Source: Bacillota bacterium
GTDB taxonomy: Bacteria; Bacillota; Ch66; Ch109
Direction of reading: 5' to 3'
Assembly (NCBI GenBank): GCA_050952625.1
Contig: JBMNLH010000001.1
Location: 544,001 to 608,000 of the forward strand
Length of the DNA: 64,000 nucleotides
Positions 50,607 to 59,542 of this stretch are shown piece after piece. Numbering within the stretch: position 1 is the stretch's first letter; each line of letters begins with the position of its first letter. The translations under genes were made by a program, and so were the position numbers. The notes under the pieces were generated by a model. It had not been told where the DNA came from. It made no database searches and was given only the letters and a program-made list of their open reading frames with translations.

Positions 50607-52175
50607 ATGATACCTGAATTGGAATACAAAAAAAGGAAGCATCCGGGGGCTAGCCGGATAAGCTGCCTGCTTATAGTCCTCTTCGCCCTTTTTTGCTCCT
50701 GCTGTTTCCCTGCGGCTGCTTGGGCTGAGGAAGTCACCCGACCCGGGCAGATTATTTTAACCTGGACCCAGGACCCGGCTACATCCCAGACGATTACCTG
50801 GTTAACACCGGATGCTGAGGCGAATAAGCTCCAGTACGCCGAGTCATCAGGCTTTGACGGTGATTTTTCCGACGCCGGACTAATTACCGCAACTAGTGAG
50901 CAATTTGCCGGCGGCGATAATTACCGGTATACAGTCACGATTACCGAATTGAATCCCGGTACGCAATATGTCTACCGGGTGGGCAGGGACGGAGCCTGGA
51001 GCGAGATATTGTCTTTCTCGACTTCCGCTGATCCAGATGACTTCACATTCTTATACCTGGGTGACGTTCAGGAAGGGTATGCTCAGTGGGGCAGTATGGT
51101 GGAGCAGATTTACGAAGAGAATCCAGAGATTAAGTTTGCCTTATTGGGGGGAGATTTAACCAATGGTGACAGCGAATCCGAATGGGAACAATTCCTTGGT
51201 ACTGCAACAGGTGTATTTTCCCGGATACCGATGATGCCGGCCAAGGGTAACCACGATGGAGATTTATTTTTGGAGTTCTTTTCCCTGCCAGATAATGGTC
51301 CTCCGGGGGCAAACGGTAATTTTTATTCCTTTGATTATGGTGATGCTCATTTTGTAGTATTAGATACCAGCAACATTATTACTGATAGTGTCAAACAATG
51401 GCTGCAAGAGGACCTGCAAAATACGGATAAGAAGTGGAAGTTTGCCGTCTTTCATCACCCTCCTTATCAAAATTTTGATGATAATAAAACTATCGATGAT
51501 GCTCTTCGTGAAAACTGGGTACCAACATTAGAGCAAAACCAGGTTGATATGGTCTTTGTTGGGCACCAACATGTCTATATGCGAACCCATCCTATCTTCC
51601 AGGAAGAAGTACAAAGCGATTCGTATGGAATTGTCTATGTGATGGGGAATTCCGGTTCTAAACATTATAGTCTCGGGGAAGGTTTTCCCTATATTGCCCG
51701 AGAGGAGTCGGGCAGCAACTATCAGGTGATTGAAATTCAAGGGAATTTTTTAACTCTGACGGCCAGGAAAGCGGATGGTGAACTGATTGAAACCTACACC
51801 ATCGGAAAAGGAGATACACCGGTTGAGGAGGAAGAGCCACGTTATACGGTCATTCCTGATGAAACCGACCCAACCTATACCCCGGGCAGCACTGAAGATG
51901 GCATTTGTACCTTGACTGTGAACCCTGGTATATCGGGATTTAATTATTTAAGGGTCGGTATTACTCCGCGCGTCTCTCATAGCGGCGAGGAAACCGTGGT
52001 CTTTATTCATTTAAGAGACAACGATCAACTAGGGCTTAACGCCACTAGAACTGATTTTGATCAGGTAGGTACTGCCCAGGCTGGTTTCAACGTAAAAGCC
52101 GGTGACGTGATCAAGGTTTACATCGTCGATGCGTTGACCAATGCCGAAGACCACAATCCAGTAATCCTGCAGTAA
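50607..52175 (+). CDS. Secreted purple-acid-phosphatase-like metallophosphoesterase with the shared C-terminal domain
   Basis: Signal peptide; Fn3-type N-domain; GDVQ, GGDL, GNHD, HHP and GHQH motifs. Confidence 0.85.
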   Translation: MIPELEYKKRKHPGASRISCLLIVLFALFCSCCFPAAAWAEEVTRPGQIILTWTQDPATSQTITWLTPDAEANKLQYAESSGFDGDFSDAGLITATSEQFAGGDNYRYTVTITELNPGTQYVYRVGRDGAWSEILSFSTSADPDDFTFLYLGDVQEGYAQWGSMVEQIYEENPEIKFALLGGDLTNGDSESEWEQFLGTATGVFSRIPMMPAKGNHDGDLFLEFFSLPDNGPPGANGNFYSFDYGDAHFVVLDTSNIITDSVKQWLQEDLQNTDKKWKFAVFHHPPYQNFDDNKTIDDALRENWVPTLEQNQVDMVFVGHQHVYMRTHPIFQEEVQSDSYGIVYVMGNSGSKHYSLGEGFPYIAREESGSNYQVIEIQGNFLTLTARKADGELIETYTIGKGDTPVEEEEPRYTVIPDETDPTYTPGSTEDGICTLTVNPGISGFNYLRVGITPRVSHSGEETVVFIHLRDNDQLGLNATRTDFDQVGTAQAGFNVKAGDVIKVYIVDALTNAEDHNPVILQ

Positions 52176-52452
52176 GGTCTCTAAGCGGAAGCTGCTACTT
52201 TTAGACCATCAAAGAGAGAACTATAAGCTTGCAGGTGGTGCTAAAGGCAGTATGGATCTTAAGCCGTAGGTGGAAGGAAAGCGGAGCAAGAAAGCGTTGT
52301 CCAATGGCGACCATACTTGCTCAATCCCGACCTATCACTAAAGTGAAAATTTTTGGGATCTTGACGTTTTTTGAGGATAAAGGGATTTCCACGGCTGACT
52401 TGATTGGCTTTGCTGCCAAGCAAGATCTTAGATAAAGGAGTGAGCGATCCAA

Positions 52453-54684
52453 ATGATGCACAGGATAATTAAGCGCAGGATAATTGTGTTTCTCCAAATC
52501 GCCTTACTGCTGATGATGTGTTTTCCGGCTGTTGTAATGGCAGATAGTTCACCTCAAATAAGTGTGTCGTTGAGTAAAACTACGGCACCAGTTGGCGATA
52601 GCGTGACCGTTTCCGGTACAACGGCATCAGGCGCATGGGTCCCCCTTAAAGTGATTGACGAGGCAGGAAATATAGTAGTATTCGATGCCGGAAAGGCAGA
52701 TCCGAGCGGTAATTACAGTATTGGTTTCATTGTGCCAGCCAGTGCTTCCGGTACATTAACGGTTGTTGTCGGGGAAGGCAGTGGAGTGGCGACCAGTCCC
52801 CTGACTGTGGGAACCGCAGCACCGAAAGCTTCACCAACAAGCGGGTCAGTAGGTACCGGCACTAAAGTGACCTTAATGTCTACAACCGTTGGGGCGAAGA
52901 TTTTCTACACCCTAGATGGCAGTATCCCAACTCAAAACAGCGTAGAATATACCGGTCCAATTACTATTAATGAGTCTGTTACCATCAAGGCCATCGCCAT
53001 TAAGGCTGGTATGAGTGCCAGTACCGTGCTGACCGAGTCGTATACAGTTATTGAATCGATAGTAGATGAAGAAGTAGAGGTTACCGATTCTAATAAGGAA
53101 CTGGCTATAACCGAGGAAACAAAAAGCCTGGGTACCCTCGTCCAAATCAGCGTGCTTGATAACGTGAATGATGCAAAGATCAGTGTCAGTGCGCTTATGA
53201 ATCCCCCTGAATCTGGCATGGTGACCACCAGTGAATTGCCTGCCCTGAACATAGCAGCCACTGACACTTCTTTCAGTTCTGCTCCCATTCAGGTAGCAAT
53301 ACCGGCCGGAGCAAAAATAAGTGCGCCGGAAGGCTGGAACGGCACCATTAACGTTCCTACTGTTCAGCCGGCTAATACGGTAACAATCGATCCGGATCCT
53401 GGCCAAAAGGTCACCGTCAATAGCGTAATCGAGGTTGGCTATGGTGACATACCACTGACTTTTGACAAAGCCGTGCGCCTTGCCATCCCCGGCCAGGCCG
53501 GCAAGGATGCGGGCTACTACCGAAACGGTGAGTTTACTAAAATCCCCAGTTTACCGTCAAATGCTCAGGATGACCAAGACTGGGCGGATGCTAACATAGC
53601 TCCCGGTAAGGATGGCAAGATGGATGTCGGTTCGGACCTAGTCATTTGGACCAAGCACTTCACCAAGTTTGTCAGCTATACGCAGACTGCCACCGGTAGC
53701 CCAGGTGGCGGCGGTGGTGGCACTCCACCATCAAAGGCGGTTACCTCCACTACCGGGTCGGCCAAAGTTACCCCCAGTGCTGGTGGCACCATCAGCCTCG
53801 GAGATGAGGCTACTATTAAAATACCGGCCAATGCCTTAGCCGGAACCAATGCTGTGGAAGTGAAAGTTACAAAAGTGACTGCCCCTCCCGCCGTACCGGC
53901 CGGCTTTAGGCTAGCGGGCAGCGTTTACGAGTTCAGTGTGGGCGGTAAAGATAGCTATAGCTTTGATAAGGAAGTGACTATCACTCTTAGTTTCGATCCC
54001 AATGCTCTCAAACCGGGTGAGACTCCGGCCATTTACTATTACGATCAAAATGCAAAGAAGTGGGTCAAACTTGGCGGTGAGGCAACTGACAACGCCGTAA
54101 CTGTAAAAGTGGATCACTTTACCCAGTTTGCCGTAATGGCGGAGCCGGCCTCGCTAGATCAAACCTTAACCGACATTACCGGCCATTGGGCGGAAAACCG
54201 GATTAAAGAACTGGTTGACCTCGGGGCTATCAGCGGTTACCCAGACGGCACCTTCAGGCCGGACAATAACATCACCCGGGCTGAATTTGCCACGATTCTG
54301 GTCAAAGCGTTTAAACTCGAACCGCAAAGCGGCAAGGTCTTTGCCGATACTACCAGCCACTGGGCTAAAGACACCATCGCTACAGCCGCAGCTTACGGCA
54401 TCGTTAACGGTTATGACGGTAATACCTTTGGCCCTAATGATCTGATTACTCGTGAGCAAATGGCCGCCATGATGGTGAATGCGCTCAAACTAACGCCGGT
54501 GACAGAAGAAATCTCGTTTATAGACAGCGGCAGCATCTCGGGCTGGGCTAGGGCAGCTGTGACCACAGCAGTGAATAACGGGTTAATCAACGGCTACCCT
54601 GATAACACCATCCGTCCCCAGGGCCAGGCTACCCGGGCTGAAGCGGCAACAATCATGGTGAATGCGTTACAAGTAAGAGGGTAA
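52453..54684 (+). CDS. Secreted SLH-anchored scaffold-like protein (Ig-like/Fn3-like domains, no catalytic domain seen)
   Basis: Signal peptide; IFYTLDGSIPT; WTKHFTKF; Gly linker; beta-repeat and 3x SLH nearly identical to those of the 35588 protein. Confidence 0.8.
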   Translation: MMHRIIKRRIIVFLQIALLLMMCFPAVVMADSSPQISVSLSKTTAPVGDSVTVSGTTASGAWVPLKVIDEAGNIVVFDAGKADPSGNYSIGFIVPASASGTLTVVVGEGSGVATSPLTVGTAAPKASPTSGSVGTGTKVTLMSTTVGAKIFYTLDGSIPTQNSVEYTGPITINESVTIKAIAIKAGMSASTVLTESYTVIESIVDEEVEVTDSNKELAITEETKSLGTLVQISVLDNVNDAKISVSALMNPPESGMVTTSELPALNIAATDTSFSSAPIQVAIPAGAKISAPEGWNGTINVPTVQPANTVTIDPDPGQKVTVNSVIEVGYGDIPLTFDKAVRLAIPGQAGKDAGYYRNGEFTKIPSLPSNAQDDQDWADANIAPGKDGKMDVGSDLVIWTKHFTKFVSYTQTATGSPGGGGGGTPPSKAVTSTTGSAKVTPSAGGTISLGDEATIKIPANALAGTNAVEVKVTKVTAPPAVPAGFRLAGSVYEFSVGGKDSYSFDKEVTITLSFDPNALKPGETPAIYYYDQNAKKWVKLGGEATDNAVTVKVDHFTQFAVMAEPASLDQTLTDITGHWAENRIKELVDLGAISGYPDGTFRPDNNITRAEFATILVKAFKLEPQSGKVFADTTSHWAKDTIATAAAYGIVNGYDGNTFGPNDLITREQMAAMMVNALKLTPVTEEISFIDSGSISGWARAAVTTAVNNGLINGYPDNTIRPQGQATRAEAATIMVNALQVRG

Positions 54685-54906
54685 GCAGGTTCAGAAGCTA
54701 GATAAATACTGAAGCGAAATCAAATCAAAATATCCGAGGGACCTTTCTCGACGGCGGAGAAAAAAGAAATTTTTTCTCCGCCCAACTTCTGTCTGATCCT
54801 ATTAACGTTTTCTTAACAGATTTTATTACATTAGTAGCCACTTTTGTCTGATCCCTATAAACCTTATAGGATAAATTAGGATAATATAGTTAGGGAGGCA
54901 TCCTGG

Positions 54907-55467
54907 ATGCAGCGTTTTTATTTATGGAAAGAAAAAGCAGCCGTTGTTGCTTTGTTGTTGTTTTTGGCCGTTTGCGGCTTAGGATGTGGCGGTACTCCGG
55001 CCGAGAAAGCTGTTCCCGGCGTATTGTTTATTGAGGGTAATGGTGTTGAGGGTAAAGTTTCCATCACCCTGGAGGAGTTAAAATCTATGCCGGATGGTCT
55101 GGTAGAAGCTGATTATTTCTCGATTAATTCATATGGGACCAAAAAATATTTTCATTTTAAAGGTATTTGGGTGTGGCATGTTTTAAGGGAAAAGGTTACT
55201 TTGAAGGATTCTGCTGCCAAGGTTGCCTTTATCGCAGAGGATGGCTATAAGGTGGAATATACCCTGGAAGAGGTAAAGCGGGAAGATTATATCGACGAAC
55301 AAAACCCCGAGACAAAATACAAGATGATCCTGGCCTGGGAAGAAAACGGACGGGAATATGACCTGGATAATGGCAATCCCTTTCAACTGGTCGTTGGGCA
55401 GCGAGAGCCCGGGGATGTAAACAAACCCTACTGGGTCCGGAATATAAAGACCATCCGCATTGATTGA
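54907..55467 (+). CDS. Lipoprotein with a single molybdopterin-binding-like domain
   Basis: Lipobox LGC; ITLEELKSM, FKGIWV, AEDGY, ILAWEENG, PFQLVV, WVRNIKTI. Confidence 0.75.
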   Translation: MQRFYLWKEKAAVVALLLFLAVCGLGCGGTPAEKAVPGVLFIEGNGVEGKVSITLEELKSMPDGLVEADYFSINSYGTKKYFHFKGIWVWHVLREKVTLKDSAAKVAFIAEDGYKVEYTLEEVKREDYIDEQNPETKYKMILAWEENGREYDLDNGNPFQLVVGQREPGDVNKPYWVRNIKTIRID

Positions 55468-55547
55468 GCCGAGCCTGACCGGCCGGGTAGGAGGTTATCT
55501 GAAGCGAAAGACTCCAACGACGTTCACACAGGGAGGGTCTAAACCAT

Positions 55548-56345
55548 ATGGAAGAAAAAATAAATGGCCAAAGGAAATACTACCTGAGCAACCGGGACCT
55601 GTTGATTATCGCGGTATTGAGCGGTATCGGAGGGGTGATGAGCACCTATATCGGCTATTTGGGCAATTTGTTAAACCGCGTTTTCGGCGTTCCCTTCGGT
55701 GCCGGGCAGTTTGTGTCCGGTCTGCACGTTTTTTGGTTCATCCTGGTAGCGGGGCTGGTCAGGAGGCCCGGTGCCGCTACGGCCGCTGGCTTGCTCAAAG
55801 GAGTAATCGAACTGCTCACCGGTAGCACCCATGGGGTTGTGATAGTCCTGATTTCTCTGATCCAGGGGTTGCTGGTCGATGTTGTCCTGCTGCTTACCCG
55901 GCGGCACAATTTACTAAGTTACATGTTGGCTGGCGGAGTGGCGGCTGCATCGAATGTATTTGCCTTTCAACTCCTCTATTTTTCCGGTGCTCCCATGACC
56001 TACCTTCTCCTAATTGGCCTTATGGCCCTTGTTTCAGGTGCTCTTCTGGCGGGCAGCTTCGGACACAGCGTCCTGGAGGTTGTGCACCAGGCCAGACCCT
56101 TTCGTTTTGCGGGTGGATCAGAGGAAGAGCTGGCCGCCGGAGTCACACCAAATGGTGCTAAGAAAAGACTCACCCCCCGTTGCCGGCTGGCAGTCACTAC
56201 CCTGCTGCTGGTGGTGTTCGCGAGTGGGGCGGTTTATTACTTTGTCGCGGTCTTTGAACCTCCCTGGGTAGGGGCCTCGTTGTCAAGTAGCAGGGGCAGT
56301 GCAAAAACCTCTATCTTTTCAGCTCTCCGACTTCGACCAGTATGA
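55548..56345 (+). CDS. ECF transporter S-component (YkoE-like), frameshifted from its C-terminal domain
   Basis: About 6 TMs with LVRRPGAA and LIQG motifs plus an extra TM; removing one G from GGGG near 56271-56274 joins it to 56299..56631. Confidence 0.75.
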   Translation: MEEKINGQRKYYLSNRDLLIIAVLSGIGGVMSTYIGYLGNLLNRVFGVPFGAGQFVSGLHVFWFILVAGLVRRPGAATAAGLLKGVIELLTGSTHGVVIVLISLIQGLLVDVVLLLTRRHNLLSYMLAGGVAAASNVFAFQLLYFSGAPMTYLLLIGLMALVSGALLAGSFGHSVLEVVHQARPFRFAGGSEEELAAGVTPNGAKKRLTPRCRLAVTTLLLVVFASGAVYYFVAVFEPPWVGASLSSSRGSAKTSIFSALRLRPV

Positions 56346-56631
56346 AACGACCATAACCGCTGAATTAAAGGGACAGGTTAGTTACGTTCCGCCCCAGGAG
56401 TATACTGGTATACCCTTAAGGATAATTCTTCAGGAGGCCTCGCCTTTGGATGAAGCGAAAAAGCTTAGGGTCATGGCCACCGACGGCTATGAGGTGGAGT
56501 TTGAACTGGAAAAAGTATTTAATGACGATCAGATGCTGCTGATCCGAGAAGGGGATATGCTGCGCCTGATTGCTGGCAATTACGATGGCGGATACTGGGT
56601 GAAGCTGGTTAACCGGATAATCGTGGAGTGA
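56299..56631 (+). CDS. Molybdopterin-binding-like domain; probable C-terminus of the S-component
   Basis: YTGIPLRIILQEA, ATDGYEVEF, LRLIAG, WVKLVNRI; no RBS; upstream in-frame PRCQVAGAV completes the domain. Confidence 0.7.
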   Translation: MQKPLSFQLSDFDQYETTITAELKGQVSYVPPQEYTGIPLRIILQEASPLDEAKKLRVMATDGYEVEFELEKVFNDDQMLLIREGDMLRLIAGNYDGGYWVKLVNRIIVE

Positions 56632-56820
56632 ACTCGTTTCGGCTTCGTTGAACATCTAGCTCGGGGCTTCAGATGAACTCCTCCTGAAGTTTACACATTG
56701 CAACTACTCATGCATCAAGGATACAACCACCTATGATAATAGTGGCCATATGTCATCCTGAGCGTTAGCACTATTTATCAATAACCACTTATAGAAATGA
56801 AAGTCTTTTGATTCAGATAA
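56628..56820 (-). mobile_element. Mini-IS element, copy 5 (inverted, with an insertion)
   Basis: GTGAACTCGTTTCGGCTTCGTTGAACATC...CTTCAGATG...CCACTTATAGAA...GTCTTTTGATTCAGATAA. Confidence 0.55.
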
Positions 56821-56848
56821 GCTCTTCTGTTAGCTGGAAGGAGTTTTT

Positions 56849-58405
56849 ATGGTAGAACCGGTTGTTGACATTCAGGAACTCTCTTTTATTTATCTTGGTT
56901 CGAATTCTCCGGCCCTGGAAAAGATTAACCTGCAGGTCTACCCGGGCCAGTTTCTGACAATAACGGGTCCCAGCGGGTGCGGCAAATCCACGTTGGCTCT
57001 GTGCTTGGCTGGCTTTATCCCCCATGCTTATAGCGGGAAAATGGAGGGGACCGTCCGGATAAAGGGCAGAAACACCCGGGACTATCCCAGTGGCGGGCTC
57101 TCCGGCATAGTGGGTTTGGTGCAGCAGGATCCGGAGGCCCAGCTTTGTACCCTGACAGTGAGCGATGAGGTGGCCTTTGGGCCGGAAAACCTGTGTATCC
57201 CGCCAGAAGAGATCCAAGCGCGATGCTATTTTGCCTTGCAAGCGGTAGGTGCCCTGGATTTAAAGGATAGAAAAGTGTACACACTTTCCGGAGGCGAAAA
57301 ACAACGGGTGGCGATTGCCTCTGTGCTGGCGATGAATCCGTCGCTGCTTATCCTGGATGAACCGACAGCCAACCTGGATCCTTCTTGTACCAGGGAGGTG
57401 CTCCAAACTCTAAAAAAATTGAGAGAGGAACAGAAAATCTCGATTATTGTGATTGAGCATCGCCTGGAAAGACTTATCCCTATATCTGACCGCTTGTTGC
57501 TGATGGAAAAAGGAAAAATTATAGGGGAAAGCACGGCTAAAGAGTTCCCTAATAAATATTTCCCGGCCCTTAGCTCGACAGACACCAGCACTGTTTGGCC
57601 GCTGGAGAAACCATCAGCCCTTGAGAAGCAGGCCGAGAAAACGCCCCTTCTGACAATAAAGAATCTTAGAGCTGGGTATGAGGGAAGAAATGTTCTCTCG
57701 GGAATCAGTTTTTGCGCTTATCCCGGCGAAACCATTGCCCTCATGGGGAATAATGGGAGCGGTAAAACTACCCTTTTAATGGCCTTGCTGGGAGTGCTTA
57801 AACCTGAAGCAGGGACAATAATCAACCTTGAAGGACAAGATATAACCGGCGTCAAGGTTACCCGTCGTGCTCAGGACATGGGGCTTACCTTTCAAAATCC
57901 GAACCACCAGATTTTTGAACATACCGTGACTAAAGAAGCAACCCAGGCAGCCCGTTTTTTGAGTAAGAATGCCCAACCAGAAATTGAAGACAGAGTCAAT
58001 CGACTATTAGAAAGGTTCGAGTTGCGGCAATATCGAGATAAGAATCCCTTTACTTTGAGCTTGGGAGAAAAAAAGAGGCTGACTTTGGTTTCCCTTCTGG
58101 CGTATTCTCCCAGGATCTTAATCCTGGATGAGCCCCTCGTTGGTCAGGATAGGGACCGGCTTGACCTTCTTATCGCCGCGCTGCAGGAGCACCGGGCGCG
58201 AGGAGGAGTAACTTTGATGGTCTGCCATGAACCAAATGTGATTGCCTCCTGCTGTCAAAGGGTTCTTTTCCTGGCCAATGGAAAGCTGATCATTGATGCC
58301 CCGGTGAATATAGCCCTGGCAGAATTGGCCCAATTAGGGATGGAAGAGTATTTGCCTTCTGGGTATGAATTTTCTTCATCAGGTGAAAGAAGGTCAGACA
58401 GATGA
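56849..58405 (+). CDS. ECF transporter ATPase with duplicated ABC domains (A-A')
   Basis: GPSGCGKST, QDPEAQ, LSGGEKQR; second domain GNNGSGKTT, QNPNHQ, LSLGEKKR. Confidence 0.92.
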   Translation: MVEPVVDIQELSFIYLGSNSPALEKINLQVYPGQFLTITGPSGCGKSTLALCLAGFIPHAYSGKMEGTVRIKGRNTRDYPSGGLSGIVGLVQQDPEAQLCTLTVSDEVAFGPENLCIPPEEIQARCYFALQAVGALDLKDRKVYTLSGGEKQRVAIASVLAMNPSLLILDEPTANLDPSCTREVLQTLKKLREEQKISIIVIEHRLERLIPISDRLLLMEKGKIIGESTAKEFPNKYFPALSSTDTSTVWPLEKPSALEKQAEKTPLLTIKNLRAGYEGRNVLSGISFCAYPGETIALMGNNGSGKTTLLMALLGVLKPEAGTIINLEGQDITGVKVTRRAQDMGLTFQNPNHQIFEHTVTKEATQAARFLSKNAQPEIEDRVNRLLERFELRQYRDKNPFTLSLGEKKRLTLVSLLAYSPRILILDEPLVGQDRDRLDLLIAALQEHRARGGVTLMVCHEPNVIASCCQRVLFLANGKLIIDAPVNIALAELAQLGMEEYLPSGYEFSSSGERRSDR

Positions 58406-59241
58406 GTTTTTATCGTAATACTGTCCAGAACCGGATGGCCTCTGTTGTAAAGGGATTTTTCCCCGGCCTGACCTATGTGGATCAATGTTCCCGGTTGCAC
58501 CGGGTTCATCCTTTGGTCAAATTGGTTTTGCTTCTTAGCTTCAGCTTAACTGTTTTTGCTGTACCTTCTTGCCTCGGGGGAATTATTCTTTTCGGCCTGC
58601 TGCTTATCGGTTATGGTTTGGCCGGATTAGGCCTGGGCTTTTTTACGCGCAAGCTTCGCTTTATTCTTGTTTTTGGCCTGTTTATTTTCCTGATCCAGCT
58701 TATTGCGGTCAAAGAAGGCGTTTTGCTCTGGCAATTGTTCCTGGGGCCGATATACTTTTCAGTTTGGTCAGAAGGCCTTTTCGGCGGCTTAAGGATGATG
58801 CTGCGCTTGGTTAATATTATTGGTTCCAGTTATCTATTTGTCGCTACGACCGATCCGAACCGGCTCGCTTATGCCCTGATGCAGGCCGGGCTACCGTACC
58901 GGTTTGGCTTTATGCTCATTACCGCCCTGCGTTTTATTCCTATTTTTCAACTGGAACTGGAGCAGGTGAGGAATGCGCAAATGGCTAAAGGAATTGAAAT
59001 GGAGGGGCTTTCGCCGCGGAAACTCTTAAGGGCGGTCCGGTATCTGCTGGTACCGTTGGTGATATCTACGTTAAGCAAGGTTGATTATCTGACCATTTCG
59101 ATGGAGAGCCGGGCTTTTGGCCTCTATCCGGCAAGAAGTTACCAGCATTCCCAGGCCTTATCGAGGAATGATAAAATAGCCCTCTTTGTAGTTCCTCTTT
59201 TTTTTGGCCTTTTTACTTTCTTTCTAAACTACCTAAAGTGA
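58402..59241 (+). CDS. ECF transporter T-component (CbiQ/EcfT)
   Basis: LHRVHPLVKL, TTDP, ALRFIP, AQMAKG, SMESRAF. Confidence 0.92.
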   Translation: MSFYRNTVQNRMASVVKGFFPGLTYVDQCSRLHRVHPLVKLVLLLSFSLTVFAVPSCLGGIILFGLLLIGYGLAGLGLGFFTRKLRFILVFGLFIFLIQLIAVKEGVLLWQLFLGPIYFSVWSEGLFGGLRMMLRLVNIIGSSYLFVATTDPNRLAYALMQAGLPYRFGFMLITALRFIPIFQLELEQVRNAQMAKGIEMEGLSPRKLLRAVRYLLVPLVISTLSKVDYLTISMESRAFGLYPARSYQHSQALSRNDKIALFVVPLFFGLFTFFLNYLK

Positions 59242-59542
59242 AACCGATATTCGCCATATAAAAAAATGAACGCCAGGGAAAAGCGACTCCCAGTGTTTTG
59301 ACATTTTTGTACGATTCCTGAAAGCTTTGATCAAGCGGTTTTACTGGTTTTATTAATCAAAAAAGTTATTGGGAAGGAAATCCAAGCCAGATATGGAATA
59401 ATAAAGAGAGAGCATAGAAATTTATTGCTTAAGACAAACTAATATAATAGTTGATTAGAGAGGTTTTTTTATTTCTGGTGGCCTTATGCTGTCTAATATG
59501 TTATCTGGCACTGAAGGGAACGATCAGCAGGGGGTGTGAAAA

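Noticed and set aside
52229-52435. 68-aa intergenic ORF
   Set aside because: TTG start without a convincing RBS and no recognisable features.
35588-59241. Reading the cluster as chitin/glycan-degrading or cobalamin-uptake genes
   Set aside because: The CHB/Fn3-like and DUF4430-like domains are accessory; no glycoside hydrolase domain or cobalamin riboswitch is seen, and the regulatory elements are of Mo/W type.
33642-59241. Cluster as an integrated mobile island
   Set aside because: No integrase, transposase, tRNA or att-like direct repeat is seen at the borders; a compositional shift could not be computed.
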